Shown here piece by piece: positions 20,140 through 28,630 of a DNA stretch of 64,000 bases. The notes beneath the pieces are model-generated. The model saw nothing but the letters and a program-made list of their open reading frames with translations, was not told the origin of the DNA and made no database searches. The stretch spans positions 1 through 64,000 of the forward strand of contig JBEKZW010000005.1 in assembly GCA_049509475.1 (NCBI GenBank), given 5' to 3'. Source of the DNA: Sedimentisphaerales bacterium. GTDB lineage: Bacteria; Planctomycetota; Phycisphaerae; Sedimentisphaerales; Anaerobacaceae. The first letter of the stretch is position 1, and every line of letters starts with the position of its first letter. The position numbers and the translations under genes were made by a program.

Positions 20140-21051
20140 TTGGCGGTGATGGATGCGTTGGAGCTTAATGGTGTGTGTAAAACGTTCGGGCAGGTTCGCG
20201 CGGTCGATAACTTAGGCGCGAAGATTCCGGCAGGGAGCATTTATGGTTTTCTTGGGCCTAACGGCGCGGGCAAGACCACGACTTTGCGGATGATTATGAA
20301 CATTATCCGCCCGGACGCAGGCAGCATAAGCGTGTTCGGGAACAATTTAACCGAAAAGGCCAAGAGTCATATCGGCTATATGCCCGAAGAAAGAGGCCTG
20401 TATCGCAAGATGACGGTCAGCGGGACGCTCGCTTTTTTTGGCGCTCTCAAGGGATTGGCTTCGAGGGAGCTGGCCGAGGTTGTTTCCGTGTGGTTAAAGC
20501 GAATCGAGCTGAACGACCGAGCGAATAAGAAGGTCGAGGACCTTTCGCGTGGTATGCACCAGAAGCTGCAATTCGCAGCGACGATAATAAATGAGCCGGA
20601 TTTGCTTATACTCGATGAGCCGTTTTCCGGGCTTGACCCGCTGAACCTCGATTTGCTCAAGGGCATTATCCTTGAGATGAAAGACAAAGGAAAAACCGTC
20701 ATTTTTTCCACTCACGATATGCACGGGGCGGAGACGCTTTGCGATTACATCCTGCTCATAAACAAAGGCAAAATCATCCTCGACGGCAAACTGGGCGATA
20801 TCCGTTCGCAGAGGGCGTCCAACGCGGTCATTGTCGAGGTCGAGGGCGACCCGGATTTTATAAACACACTTCCAATGGTAACGAAGGTCGAGCAAGGGCA
20901 AAATACGATTGAAATCACACTCGGTAAAGGCGCTGACCCGCAGGATTTGCTCAAGGCCATTGTGGCCAAGGTGCGCGTGCGGAAGTTCGAAGTGAAGATG
21001 CCTTCGCTGCATGAGATTTTTGTTGAGCTTGTCGGGGGCAGCAATGCGTAA
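20140..21051 (+). CDS. ABC transporter ATP-binding protein (ABC-2/NatA-like)
   Basis: Walker A GPNGAGKTT, signature LSRGMHQKL, Walker B LILDEP. Confidence 0.9.
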   Translation: MAVMDALELNGVCKTFGQVRAVDNLGAKIPAGSIYGFLGPNGAGKTTTLRMIMNIIRPDAGSISVFGNNLTEKAKSHIGYMPEERGLYRKMTVSGTLAFFGALKGLASRELAEVVSVWLKRIELNDRANKKVEDLSRGMHQKLQFAATIINEPDLLILDEPFSGLDPLNLDLLKGIILEMKDKGKTVIFSTHDMHGAETLCDYILLINKGKIILDGKLGDIRSQRASNAVIVEVEGDPDFINTLPMVTKVEQGQNTIEITLGKGADPQDLLKAIVAKVRVRKFEVKMPSLHEIFVELVGGSNA

Positions 21052-22312
21052 AGTTTTTGAAATTGCCCGGCGTGAGTACATCGATACCGTCAAGACAAGG
21101 ACATTTGTGTTCAGCTTGCTGTTTACTCCCGTTCTTATCATTTGCATTGGTCTTTTTGCAAGCAGGATTTCCCGTGTTGAGGGGGGACGCCCTCCGGTCA
21201 AAGTGGTCGTAACGGACTTAACGACGCAACTCGCAGGCGAAATAGAGGCGGCGATAAATAAGCACAATCAGTCAAACCCTAAAAGACAGATTATTTTTGA
21301 GTCGCTGCCTGTTGGGGGTGATGCCAACGCGGTTGAGGAACAGGGCAGAAAGCAACTGCGTTTGGGTGGGGCCGAGGCCTATATTGTTATTGACACCAAT
21401 ATAATCGAAGGCAGCGGCAGGACGTATGTTTATACTTACAAATCGAAACCAACTATGATGGACGCGACCTGGGCCGTCGAGGAGTTTATCCGTAACGCCG
21501 TAGTTGCCCAGAGGTGCAAAGCCCGGAACGTTTCCCAGAAGCTTCTCGATGAGATTCGCAATGTTCCGGTCGAGCGGGTAGAGATTGGCGAAGCGGCCGG
21601 CGAACAGCATGTGCAAAGCCGGAATCAAGCTAATATAAAAATGATGGTCCCCTTCTTTTTTATGTTCATGATATACATGGGAATCATCGGTATCGGCCAG
21701 CAGATGCTAAGCAGCGTAATCGAGGAGAAAAACTCGCGGATTATCGAGATGCTGCTTTCGGCGGTCAGCCCGTTCGAGCTTATGGCGGGCAAGATTCTGG
21801 GGCTGGGGGCAATAGGTCTGACAATTATTGGTCTGTGGACCGCGGTATCTTACGGTTCGGTCCTGTGGCAGGGTATCAGCGTGGATATTACCGGCAAGCT
21901 GCTGTTTTTCTTTGTGGTTTACTATATTCTCGGGTTCCTGCTGTTCAGCTCGCTGCTGGCGGCGATTGGCTCGGTATGCAATACGCTCAAAGAGACACAG
22001 GAGCTTATGATGCCCGTTATTTTAATACTCATACTTCCGATGATAGCGTGGTTCAAGCTCGTTCAAAGCCCCGACGGCGTTTTTACGAGGGTTTTATCGA
22101 TTGTTCCGCCTGTGTCGCCGCTTGTGATGCCCTTGCGGATTTCAGCCGGCTCAAACGTGGGCATCGTCGAGATTCTCGCCTCGGTGGGATTATTGGCTGC
22201 ATCTGTGCTTTTAATGATGTGGCTGGCAGGCAAAATTTTCAGGACGGGTATCCTTATGTATGGCAAACGCCCCTCGTTGCGTGAAATATACCGCTGGTTA
22301 AAGGCAAGTTAA
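21044..22312 (+). CDS. ABC-2 family transporter permease (NatB-like)
   Basis: ATGCGTAAAG start/stop overlap with the ATPase gene. N-terminal TM helix, a large extracytoplasmic loop, and a C-terminal multi-TM bundle. Confidence 0.8.
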   Translation: MRKVFEIARREYIDTVKTRTFVFSLLFTPVLIICIGLFASRISRVEGGRPPVKVVVTDLTTQLAGEIEAAINKHNQSNPKRQIIFESLPVGGDANAVEEQGRKQLRLGGAEAYIVIDTNIIEGSGRTYVYTYKSKPTMMDATWAVEEFIRNAVVAQRCKARNVSQKLLDEIRNVPVERVEIGEAAGEQHVQSRNQANIKMMVPFFFMFMIYMGIIGIGQQMLSSVIEEKNSRIIEMLLSAVSPFELMAGKILGLGAIGLTIIGLWTAVSYGSVLWQGISVDITGKLLFFFVVYYILGFLLFSSLLAAIGSVCNTLKETQELMMPVILILILPMIAWFKLVQSPDGVFTRVLSIVPPVSPLVMPLRISAGSNVGIVEILASVGLLAASVLLMMWLAGKIFRTGILMYGKRPSLREIYRWLKAS

Positions 22313-22343
22313 ACCGGCAGGCGGCGGAAATGCGATTCCTTAT

Positions 22344-23189
22344 TTATCGTTGCTTAACTATTGCGTCGGGGCCGCGGATGTAATTGGGCGTGAGGGTAAG
22401 GGGGTCGGCGAATTGGCGTTGCAGGGCGAGTTGCCAGCCGAGGCGGTGAATATTGGCGGCGGAGGGGTTCCAGAACTTTTCATCAAGCACGCGAATGTTC
22501 GGGTTGGTGAATTTGTCTTTGTAAAAAACCAGGCCTTCGCCAATCAGGGCGGTCAGTTTATCGGAGAACCGGGCGAGGAATTCTTCGGGAGTCATTAAGC
22601 AATCGGGAAGAATTTTTATTAGCGGATAGCGGGTAGTGGACAGCGGACAGTCGGTTTTTAGTTTTGAGTGTTTAGTTCTGAGTTGATTGAGATTGCTTCG
22701 CTTCGCTCGCAATGACAAATCAGATTGCGACACAGATTCATATACAGCGATGAAGAACTGGCCTCGTTTGGCGTCGAGGATTGTTGCCAAACGTTCGTTT
22801 GGCAACAACAGCGAACAGCGTTCAGCGTTCGGCGTACAGGCAAGGTTAATCACATTGGCGGCGATGCAATCGAGGGTATCAACTGCGACGATTTTTGCGT
22901 CGTTTGCCAGGGCCATAGTTTTTGCGAGGGTCACGGCGATTCGCAGGCCTGTGAAGCTGCCGGGGCCTGCGGAGATATAAATGTGCTCGATTTGGTCCGG
23001 CTTTTTGTTGAACCTACCCAATAAATGAGTAATAGCGGGGAAAATCTCTGCACTGTGGCGCATTGGACCTGAGAAGCTGGTTTCAGACAGGAGTTTATCG
23101 CCATGGGCGAGCGCGACCGAACCCAGCCGGCCGCTGGTCTCGATGGCCAATATGAGAGGATTATCGAAATTGGCTGTATCTGTCGTCAC
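22344..23189 (-). CDS. tsaB: tRNA threonylcarbamoyladenosine biosynthesis protein TsaB (YeaZ) carrying an in-frame repeat insertion
   Basis: N-terminal TsaB core (ILAIETSGRLGSVAL...GPGSFTGLRI) and C-terminal PNYIRGPDA tail. The middle 45 aa are encoded by dispersed-repeat sequence. Confidence 0.75.
   Translation of the reverse strand: MTTDTANFDNPLILAIETSGRLGSVALAHGDKLLSETSFSGPMRHSAEIFPAITHLLGRFNKKPDQIEHIYISAGPGSFTGLRIAVTLAKTMALANDAKIVAVDTLDCIAANVINLACTPNAERCSLLLPNERLATILDAKRGQFFIAVYESVSQSDLSLRAKRSNLNQLRTKHSKLKTDCPLSTTRYPLIKILPDCLMTPEEFLARFSDKLTALIGEGLVFYKDKFTNPNIRVLDEKFWNPSAANIHRLGWQLALQRQFADPLTLTPNYIRGPDAIVKQR
22615..22737. repeat. Composite short repeat inserted inside tsaB (AGCGGGTAGYGGACAG...TTTTGAGTTTAG unit plus GTCATTGCGAGCGAAGCGAAGCAATC hairpin)
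   Basis: The first unit recurs at 32835-32885. The second belongs to the TTGTCATT hairpin family (636-668, 33533-33562, 51167-51198). Confidence 0.55.
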
Positions 23190-23280
23190 TATGGTTTTAC
23201 GCCCTTAATTCAAAATAATAGTCAGACGGGATAATACCCTTCAGACGAACACCGGGCAACCCTTCCGGTGGGCGGCAAAT

Positions 23281-23320
23281 CAAAAAAAACAGGCCCGGAG
23301 GTTATGCTCCAGGCCTGAAA
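23281..23320 (-). terminator. Rho-independent terminator of the repeat-protein gene
   Basis: Minus-strand hairpin CAGGCCTGGAG...CTCCGGGCCTG followed by an 8-T run. Confidence 0.6.
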
Positions 23321-23386
23321 ATTCATCAAAACTGCTGTTTTCACTAAGACCGTCTCATTACCTAATGATGGCAGGGTATCGCGTAA

Positions 23387-24031
23387 TTATTTCTTGCTGT
23401 TCGGGTCCGCTGGTTTGTTTGCGTCTTTATCCTTTTCGCAGCCTTTAACCTTCTCTGCGCCTTCGGTCTTTTCGGAAACTGCGCACATCTTGCTTTTGTT
23501 CGGCTCTGCCGGCTTATTTGCGTCAGCGGGCTTGTTTGCATCGGCTAAGGCGCCGAAATCGCTCGCTCTGATGATGGTGGCTTTGTTCGGCTCGGCGGGC
23601 TTATTCATATCGGCGGGTTCGTTCGGGTCTTTCTTGTGGTGTTTGCCTTTTTTGCCCTTTTCAGCCGGCTTATTTGCGTCTGCGTATGTGCCGAAATCGC
23701 TCGCGCTGATGATGGTGGCCTTGTTCGGCTCGGCGGGCTTATTCGTATCGGCGGGTTCGTTCGGGTCTTTCTTGTGATGTTTGCCTTTTTTGCCTTCGGA
23801 GGCGGCGAGCTTGCTTTTGTTCGGCTCCGCCGGCTTATTTGCGTCAGCGGGCTTGTTTGCATCAGCTAAGGCGCCGAAATCACTTGCGCTGATGAGGGCG
23901 GCCTTGTTCGGCTCAGCCGGTTTGTTCGCATCGCCGGGTTTATTGGCGTCAACTGTTGCCGCGAGGCAGTTAGTCGCAACGAATGCGACTGCAACGATTG
24001 CCAGCACTGTTAGTAGTGTTCTTGTATTCAT
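23387..24031 (-). CDS. Secreted repetitive protein with ANKPAEPNK / ISASDFGALADANKPA repeats
   Basis: Signal peptide followed by about 5 degenerate 40-aa repeats rich in Lys/Pro/Ala/Asn and KKGKHHKKDPNEPAD blocks. Confidence 0.65.
   Translation of the reverse strand: MNTRTLLTVLAIVAVAFVATNCLAATVDANKPGDANKPAEPNKAALISASDFGALADANKPADANKPAEPNKSKLAASEGKKGKHHKKDPNEPADTNKPAEPNKATIISASDFGTYADANKPAEKGKKGKHHKKDPNEPADMNKPAEPNKATIIRASDFGALADANKPADANKPAEPNKSKMCAVSEKTEGAEKVKGCEKDKDANKPADPNSKK
23400..23990. repeat. Coding tandem repeats (about 120 bp units) within the repeat-protein gene
   Basis: Near-identical DNA blocks, e.g. ttgttcggctcggcgggcttattc.tatcggcgggttcgttcgggtctttcttgtg.tgtttgcc, recur. Confidence 0.7.
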
Positions 24032-24372
24032 TCCCTTGTCATCCTTAAAAATCTTGAGTAAAGTTCAGCCTGAATCGGCCAAGACACGTCCGAAAATCAT
24101 ATACCTTTTTCAGGAGGTAGCAATAAAAATCTGATAATTTCAAGCATTTTTTTTTAATAGCCGGCGTCAGGGCGGGCAAACCCTCGTTTTTAAGCTGAAA
24201 ACGGGGTTTCGTGGATTTTCTGGGGGGCAGAAACGAAAACCCGGTAATCATAAAATCATCAAAAAATAATCCGCATTGACTGCGGGATGGCGAGGTGCAT
24301 ATAATTTGCGAATCGAGGAAGGTTGCAAAGGAACTTAAAGACAAGGGTTTTTTTAAGTGAAGGAGAGCCGTT

Positions 24373-26388
24373 ATGAACGTTCAATTCTTACAGGATAGTA
24401 TTGTTGCGGTATCCGGGGCAGGGGTTGTGGTGGTTTACTTTTTGATTTTGCTGTTGCTGGTAATTATTTTGCCGTCGTTTCGGGTGATAGGGCCGACGCA
24501 GGTCGGGCTTGTAATGAAGAGGTTTTCGTTTAAGAAGCTCCAGGAGGATAACCCGATTGCGTTCAATGGCGAGGCGGGTTATCAGGCGGATTTGCTTATG
24601 CCGGGCTGGAGGTGGAAGTTCTGGGTTTTATACAGCGTGCGGAAATTTCCGTGGGTGCAGATACCGGCGGGGCAGATTGGTGTGGTGCTTGCGCAGGTTG
24701 GGCAGCCCCTGCCGATTGGGGCGAAATCGGCGGTTTTCAAAAAGGAGTTCGCTAATTTCAGCAACGTTCGCTCGTTCATAGAAAATGGTGGGCAAAAAGG
24801 TGTTCAAAGGCCGGTGCTATCGCCCGGAACGCTTGTGCCGATGCACCCTGTAGCTTTTATGGTGATTACGAAATTCCAAACATACGGGGTTCCGATATCG
24901 CCAGATTTGGAAGGGCTGGCTAAAAGGTCGGGCAATCTTACCGCGGCATCATTTGGTCTTGCTGCTGAGCAATTGGACGTTGTGCGGATTGAGCCGCAGT
25001 CGCGGGGCGATAAGGGGCTGATTGATATGGTCGGGATAGTAACGACATACGAAGGTCAGCCCCTGCCAGGCGGCAGCATCGCCGGCAGGTTGGGCGGGTT
25101 CTCGGATATTGAAGAGCTTGAGCAGAAAGGCGCGGACAATTCGCAGCTTATCGAGGTGGTGCTGGGGAGCAAAAACGAGCTGCACAACAACTATCAGGAT
25201 TTCCAGTTGTTCCTGGATAACGGCGGCAAAATCGGTTTGCAGCACGACCCGCTGCTTTACGGTGCTTACAACCTTAACCCGTTCCTCGTTTCGGTGGAGC
25301 TTGTGCCGATGCTGGTTGTCGAGCAGGGCGAGGTCGCGGTGATAAAGTCATACGTGGGCCTTGTCAGCGAGGATACATCGGGTGCGGAGTTCAAGTTCGG
25401 GACGCTTGTTAAGCCGGGGCACAGGGGAATTTGGGAAGAGCCGATTAGAACGGGTAAATACCCGATTAACCCGCATTGCTATCGGGCGGAAATCGTCCCG
25501 ACGTGCATACTGACGTTAAACTGGGCGGAGGCCGTCTCGGAGGCGCACAAACTCGACCAGCATTTGAAAACGATTGTCGCGAAAAGCCGGGAAGGTTTCA
25601 TTTTCTCAATCGATTTACAGGTGCAGATACACGTGGCGGACACACAGGCGCCGAAGGTTATTTCGATTGTCGGCACGATGAGCAACTTAGTCAGCGAGGT
25701 TCTTCAGGCGGCTGTTGGCAACCATTTCAGAGACAAGATTCAGAGTATGCCCGCGATAAGATTTATCGAGACGCGACAACAGGTCCAGGAAGAGGCGTAT
25801 CAGCATATCGAGCTGAAACTGCGTGATTACAAGATTGAGACGAAGGGCGTGTATATACAGGACGTTATTTTGCCCGAGGCGCTTGTGCAGGTTTTGACCG
25901 ACAGGGAAATCGCAAACCAGGAAAAGCAGACGTACAAGATGCAGCAGGAGGCGCAGGAGCAGCGAATCCTTACGGAAAAATCCAAAGGCACGGCGGATAT
26001 GCAGGCGGACCTCGCCAAATCGCAGGTTGGAATCGACATCAAGACCAATAATGCCAACGCCAGACAGGCCGAAGGTCGAGGCGAGGCGGCGTATATCGAG
26101 CAGACGGGTAAGGCACAGGGCGCGCAGGTCGAGGCGATTGGTATGGCGCGGGCCAAGGCCTACGAGGCACAGGTAAGGGCACTTGGTCAATCGCAGACGG
26201 CGCTGGTTAACGTGGCGACGGTGCTTTCGGAAGGCAAGGCGAAATTTGTGCCCGATGTTCTTGTCGCGGGCGGCGGCGGAAGCGTGGAAGGATTGGCCGC
26301 GACGCTGATTAAGCATTTTGAGAAAGGTTCCGGTCAGCAGACGGTCGTGCCGGTTCAGCCGGTTAAGACAGATGTGAAAAGGATGTAG
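24373..26388 (+). CDS. Flotillin/SPFH (band 7) domain membrane protein
   Basis: 671 aa. N-terminal TM helix, an SPFH region, and a long coiled-coil C-terminus (QEAQEQRILTEKSKG...AKAYEAQVRALG). Confidence 0.8.
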   Translation: MNVQFLQDSIVAVSGAGVVVVYFLILLLLVIILPSFRVIGPTQVGLVMKRFSFKKLQEDNPIAFNGEAGYQADLLMPGWRWKFWVLYSVRKFPWVQIPAGQIGVVLAQVGQPLPIGAKSAVFKKEFANFSNVRSFIENGGQKGVQRPVLSPGTLVPMHPVAFMVITKFQTYGVPISPDLEGLAKRSGNLTAASFGLAAEQLDVVRIEPQSRGDKGLIDMVGIVTTYEGQPLPGGSIAGRLGGFSDIEELEQKGADNSQLIEVVLGSKNELHNNYQDFQLFLDNGGKIGLQHDPLLYGAYNLNPFLVSVELVPMLVVEQGEVAVIKSYVGLVSEDTSGAEFKFGTLVKPGHRGIWEEPIRTGKYPINPHCYRAEIVPTCILTLNWAEAVSEAHKLDQHLKTIVAKSREGFIFSIDLQVQIHVADTQAPKVISIVGTMSNLVSEVLQAAVGNHFRDKIQSMPAIRFIETRQQVQEEAYQHIELKLRDYKIETKGVYIQDVILPEALVQVLTDREIANQEKQTYKMQQEAQEQRILTEKSKGTADMQADLAKSQVGIDIKTNNANARQAEGRGEAAYIEQTGKAQGAQVEAIGMARAKAYEAQVRALGQSQTALVNVATVLSEGKAKFVPDVLVAGGGGSVEGLAATLIKHFEKGSGQQTVVPVQPVKTDVKRM

Positions 26389-26494
26389 TAAAAGCAAATT
26401 GAATAACCAAAGTGACTGAATGAGGTTTTGTAATCTCGTCGGCCCCATTTTTTTGTTAGAGGCAAAAGTGGTCAGGCGGTTTTTGGACTCGGCT

Positions 26495-26630
26495 GGGGCG
26501 AAAAAGAGACCTGCGCCAATCAGTAAAGCGGAGACGGGGCAATAGAACGTATCAGCGGTTGATTTTACTCAGTAACTCTTTACTGGCCTGGACGCGGAGC
26601 TTGGCGTTCTCGTAGCGTCTTTTTTCATCC
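26495..26630. repeat. Dispersed 3'-end repeat, copy 1 (downstream of the radical SAM gene)
   Basis: About 130 bp shared with 28518-28630 and 30490-30575 (aacgtatcagcggctgattttactcagcaaatctttyctggcctggacgcggagtttggcgttctcgtagcgtcttttttcatc). Confidence 0.75.
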
Positions 26631-28166
26631 GTTGTCAACGGCTGTGCCGCATTTGTTCATTGAGCTGTCGGCGATTTCTTTCATTTGAGGGTAAATATTT
26701 TTTAACATCTTACGGAAATGGAATCCATATATAGACAGGCGAACAGCCATCACCAGACGGCGCGGGCTCCTGATTGCCCAGAACAGCAGCATCCAATAAT
26801 ACATCTTGCCCTTATCTATTATGCCGATTTTCCAGATTGACCTTAGAAACGCCCTGATGTCGCTGTATCGCAGTTTTAGTTTTGCCTTATTACTGAAATT
26901 GTAATTCTTAAGAAACGTTTTGATGCGTTTGCAATAGTATTTCTGCGAGTAAATGGTATTCAGCACTTTGAGATACCCGTGCATAAGTTCGTGGATATCC
27001 ATCCTCGGAATAAAATTCATTGTGCAGTCCATGTTGTCTCCGGATGCCGGCATTGTTAATCTGTTTTCACTCATCAGCTTCTTATGGAGTTTTGTTCCTG
27101 GAGGGGCGTTGAGCAGTCCGACCATCGCGGTGACCACGCCACTGTCCTGAATCAGGCTTATCAATTTATCAAACACACTTGGCTTATCATTGTCAAAACC
27201 GAGAATAAAGCCGGCCTGCACCTGTATGCCAAACCGCTGGATTTTTTTAACCGCCGCGACAATGTCACGTCCGGTGTTTTGCATTTTGTTGCATTCAGCC
27301 AGACTCGATTCATTCGGGGATTCGATGCCGATAAATACACTGCTGAAACCGGCGCCGGCCATCATTGTCATAAGCTCCTCGTCGTCCACCAGGTCGATAG
27401 AGGTCTGTGTATTGAAGGAGAACGGGCGTTTTCTTTTGTTCATCCAGTTTGTGATTGCCGGCAGCAGTTCGTTTTTAAGCTGCTGGCGTTTTCCTATAAA
27501 ATTATCGTCCACAAAGAAAACGTCGCCTCGCCACTTATGAACATAAAGGGCTTCAAGCTCATCGATTATCTGGCTGGTTGTCTTTGTTCTCACCTTATGG
27601 CCAAGCAGGGCCGTGATATCGCAAAAATCACAATTAAACGGACATCCGCGGGAAAACTGAATGCACATCACGGCATATTTTTTCATGTTAATTAAATCCC
27701 ACTGCGGGACCGGCGTATTTTTCAGGTCAGGTTTTTCGTGAGTAGTATAAAAAGGTTCGGGGCATCCTTTTTCGAGGTCACTTAAAAAAGCAGGCAGCGT
27801 GATTTCCGCTTCTTTTAATACGAGGTGGTCAATATTCAAATATCCTCCGGGAAACACGGTAAACAGCGGACCTCCGGCGACGATTCTGGCGTTCAGTTTT
27901 TTACAGCGTTCGATAATCTGGTCAACGGATTTTTTCTGAATCACCATTCCTGTTATGAATACATAGTCTGCCCATGTGATATCCCGGTCGCGCAGAGCGG
28001 TTACGTTCATATCAATTAGTTTTTTCTCAAAAGATTCCGGCAGCATTGATGCAACAGTAAGCAGCCCGAGGGGCGGAAGAAGCGCCTTTTTTGAAACGAA
28101 TTTCAGGGCGCTTTTCAAACTCCAGAAAGTATTTGGGACTTCGGGATTTACAAGCAGGATTTTCAT
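26625..28166 (-). CDS. B12-binding domain radical SAM protein (class B, DUF4070-type C-terminus)
   Basis: N-terminal B12-binding-like region, CxxxCxxC cluster (GCPFNCDFCD), and a C-terminal DUF4070-like tail. Confidence 0.85.
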   Translation of the reverse strand: MKILLVNPEVPNTFWSLKSALKFVSKKALLPPLGLLTVASMLPESFEKKLIDMNVTALRDRDITWADYVFITGMVIQKKSVDQIIERCKKLNARIVAGGPLFTVFPGGYLNIDHLVLKEAEITLPAFLSDLEKGCPEPFYTTHEKPDLKNTPVPQWDLINMKKYAVMCIQFSRGCPFNCDFCDITALLGHKVRTKTTSQIIDELEALYVHKWRGDVFFVDDNFIGKRQQLKNELLPAITNWMNKRKRPFSFNTQTSIDLVDDEELMTMMAGAGFSSVFIGIESPNESSLAECNKMQNTGRDIVAAVKKIQRFGIQVQAGFILGFDNDKPSVFDKLISLIQDSGVVTAMVGLLNAPPGTKLHKKLMSENRLTMPASGDNMDCTMNFIPRMDIHELMHGYLKVLNTIYSQKYYCKRIKTFLKNYNFSNKAKLKLRYSDIRAFLRSIWKIGIIDKGKMYYWMLLFWAIRSPRRLVMAVRLSIYGFHFRKMLKNIYPQMKEIADSSMNKCGTAVDNG

Positions 28167-28435
28167 TTTATTTTCCTAAGCTGGACGCCGGCGGATTGGC
28201 TTGTGATTCGGGTTTTGAATCAGCATTCTTAATCAACAGAAGAGAATTGGTTTTTGCTATGTTTAATAAAATAACTAATACGCCTTTTGTCTGTGGCCCT
28301 TAATGGTTTTTAAGCAGCATTCGGGATGAGCGGATGGCTTACCTAAAGATGATTATCGGTTTGGCAATGAACAATGCAAGAGCAAATTGCCTAATTCAGA
28401 CATCTCAAAAGCTTATAGTTCAATCGCCGAGGGCT

Positions 28436-28485
28436 AAAAAGGGCGTTAATCAGCGTCTAAAGCCCTTTTGGTTTTAGGAATTTTG
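28436..28485. terminator. Hairpin terminator-like element between the pectinesterase gene and the radical SAM gene
   Basis: AAAAGGGC ... GCCCTTTTGGTTTT; works as stem plus U-tract in either orientation. Confidence 0.45.
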
Positions 28486-28517
28486 AATAATTTTTTATTA
28501 TTTTGGTGCGACGGGAG

Positions 28518-28630
28518 CGGGCGAAAAAGAAATCAGCGCCCATTAAACGTATCAGCGGCTGATTTTACTCAACAAATCTTTCCTGGTTTGGATACGCAGT
28601 TTGGCGTTCTCGTAACGTCGTTTTTCATCC
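28518..28630. repeat. Dispersed 3'-end repeat, copy 2 (immediately after the pectinesterase stop codon)
   Basis: On the minus strand it continues in frame after the TAG stop, encoding DEKRRYENAKLRIQTRKDLLSKISR-stop. Confidence 0.75.

Noticed and set aside
20494-21267. 257 aa minus-strand ORF overlapping the ABC ATPase gene
   Set aside because: Antisense to a gene with clear Walker A, signature and Walker B motifs. No domain features.
23400-23990. Possible CRISPR-like regular repeats
   Set aside because: The repeats are about 120 bp, contiguous without unique spacers, and lie in frame within a signal-peptide-bearing ORF. They are a coding tandem repeat, not a CRISPR array.
25687-26448. 253 aa minus-strand ORF inside the flotillin gene
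   Set aside because: Antisense artefact. The composition is Arg/Leu-rich and low-complexity.
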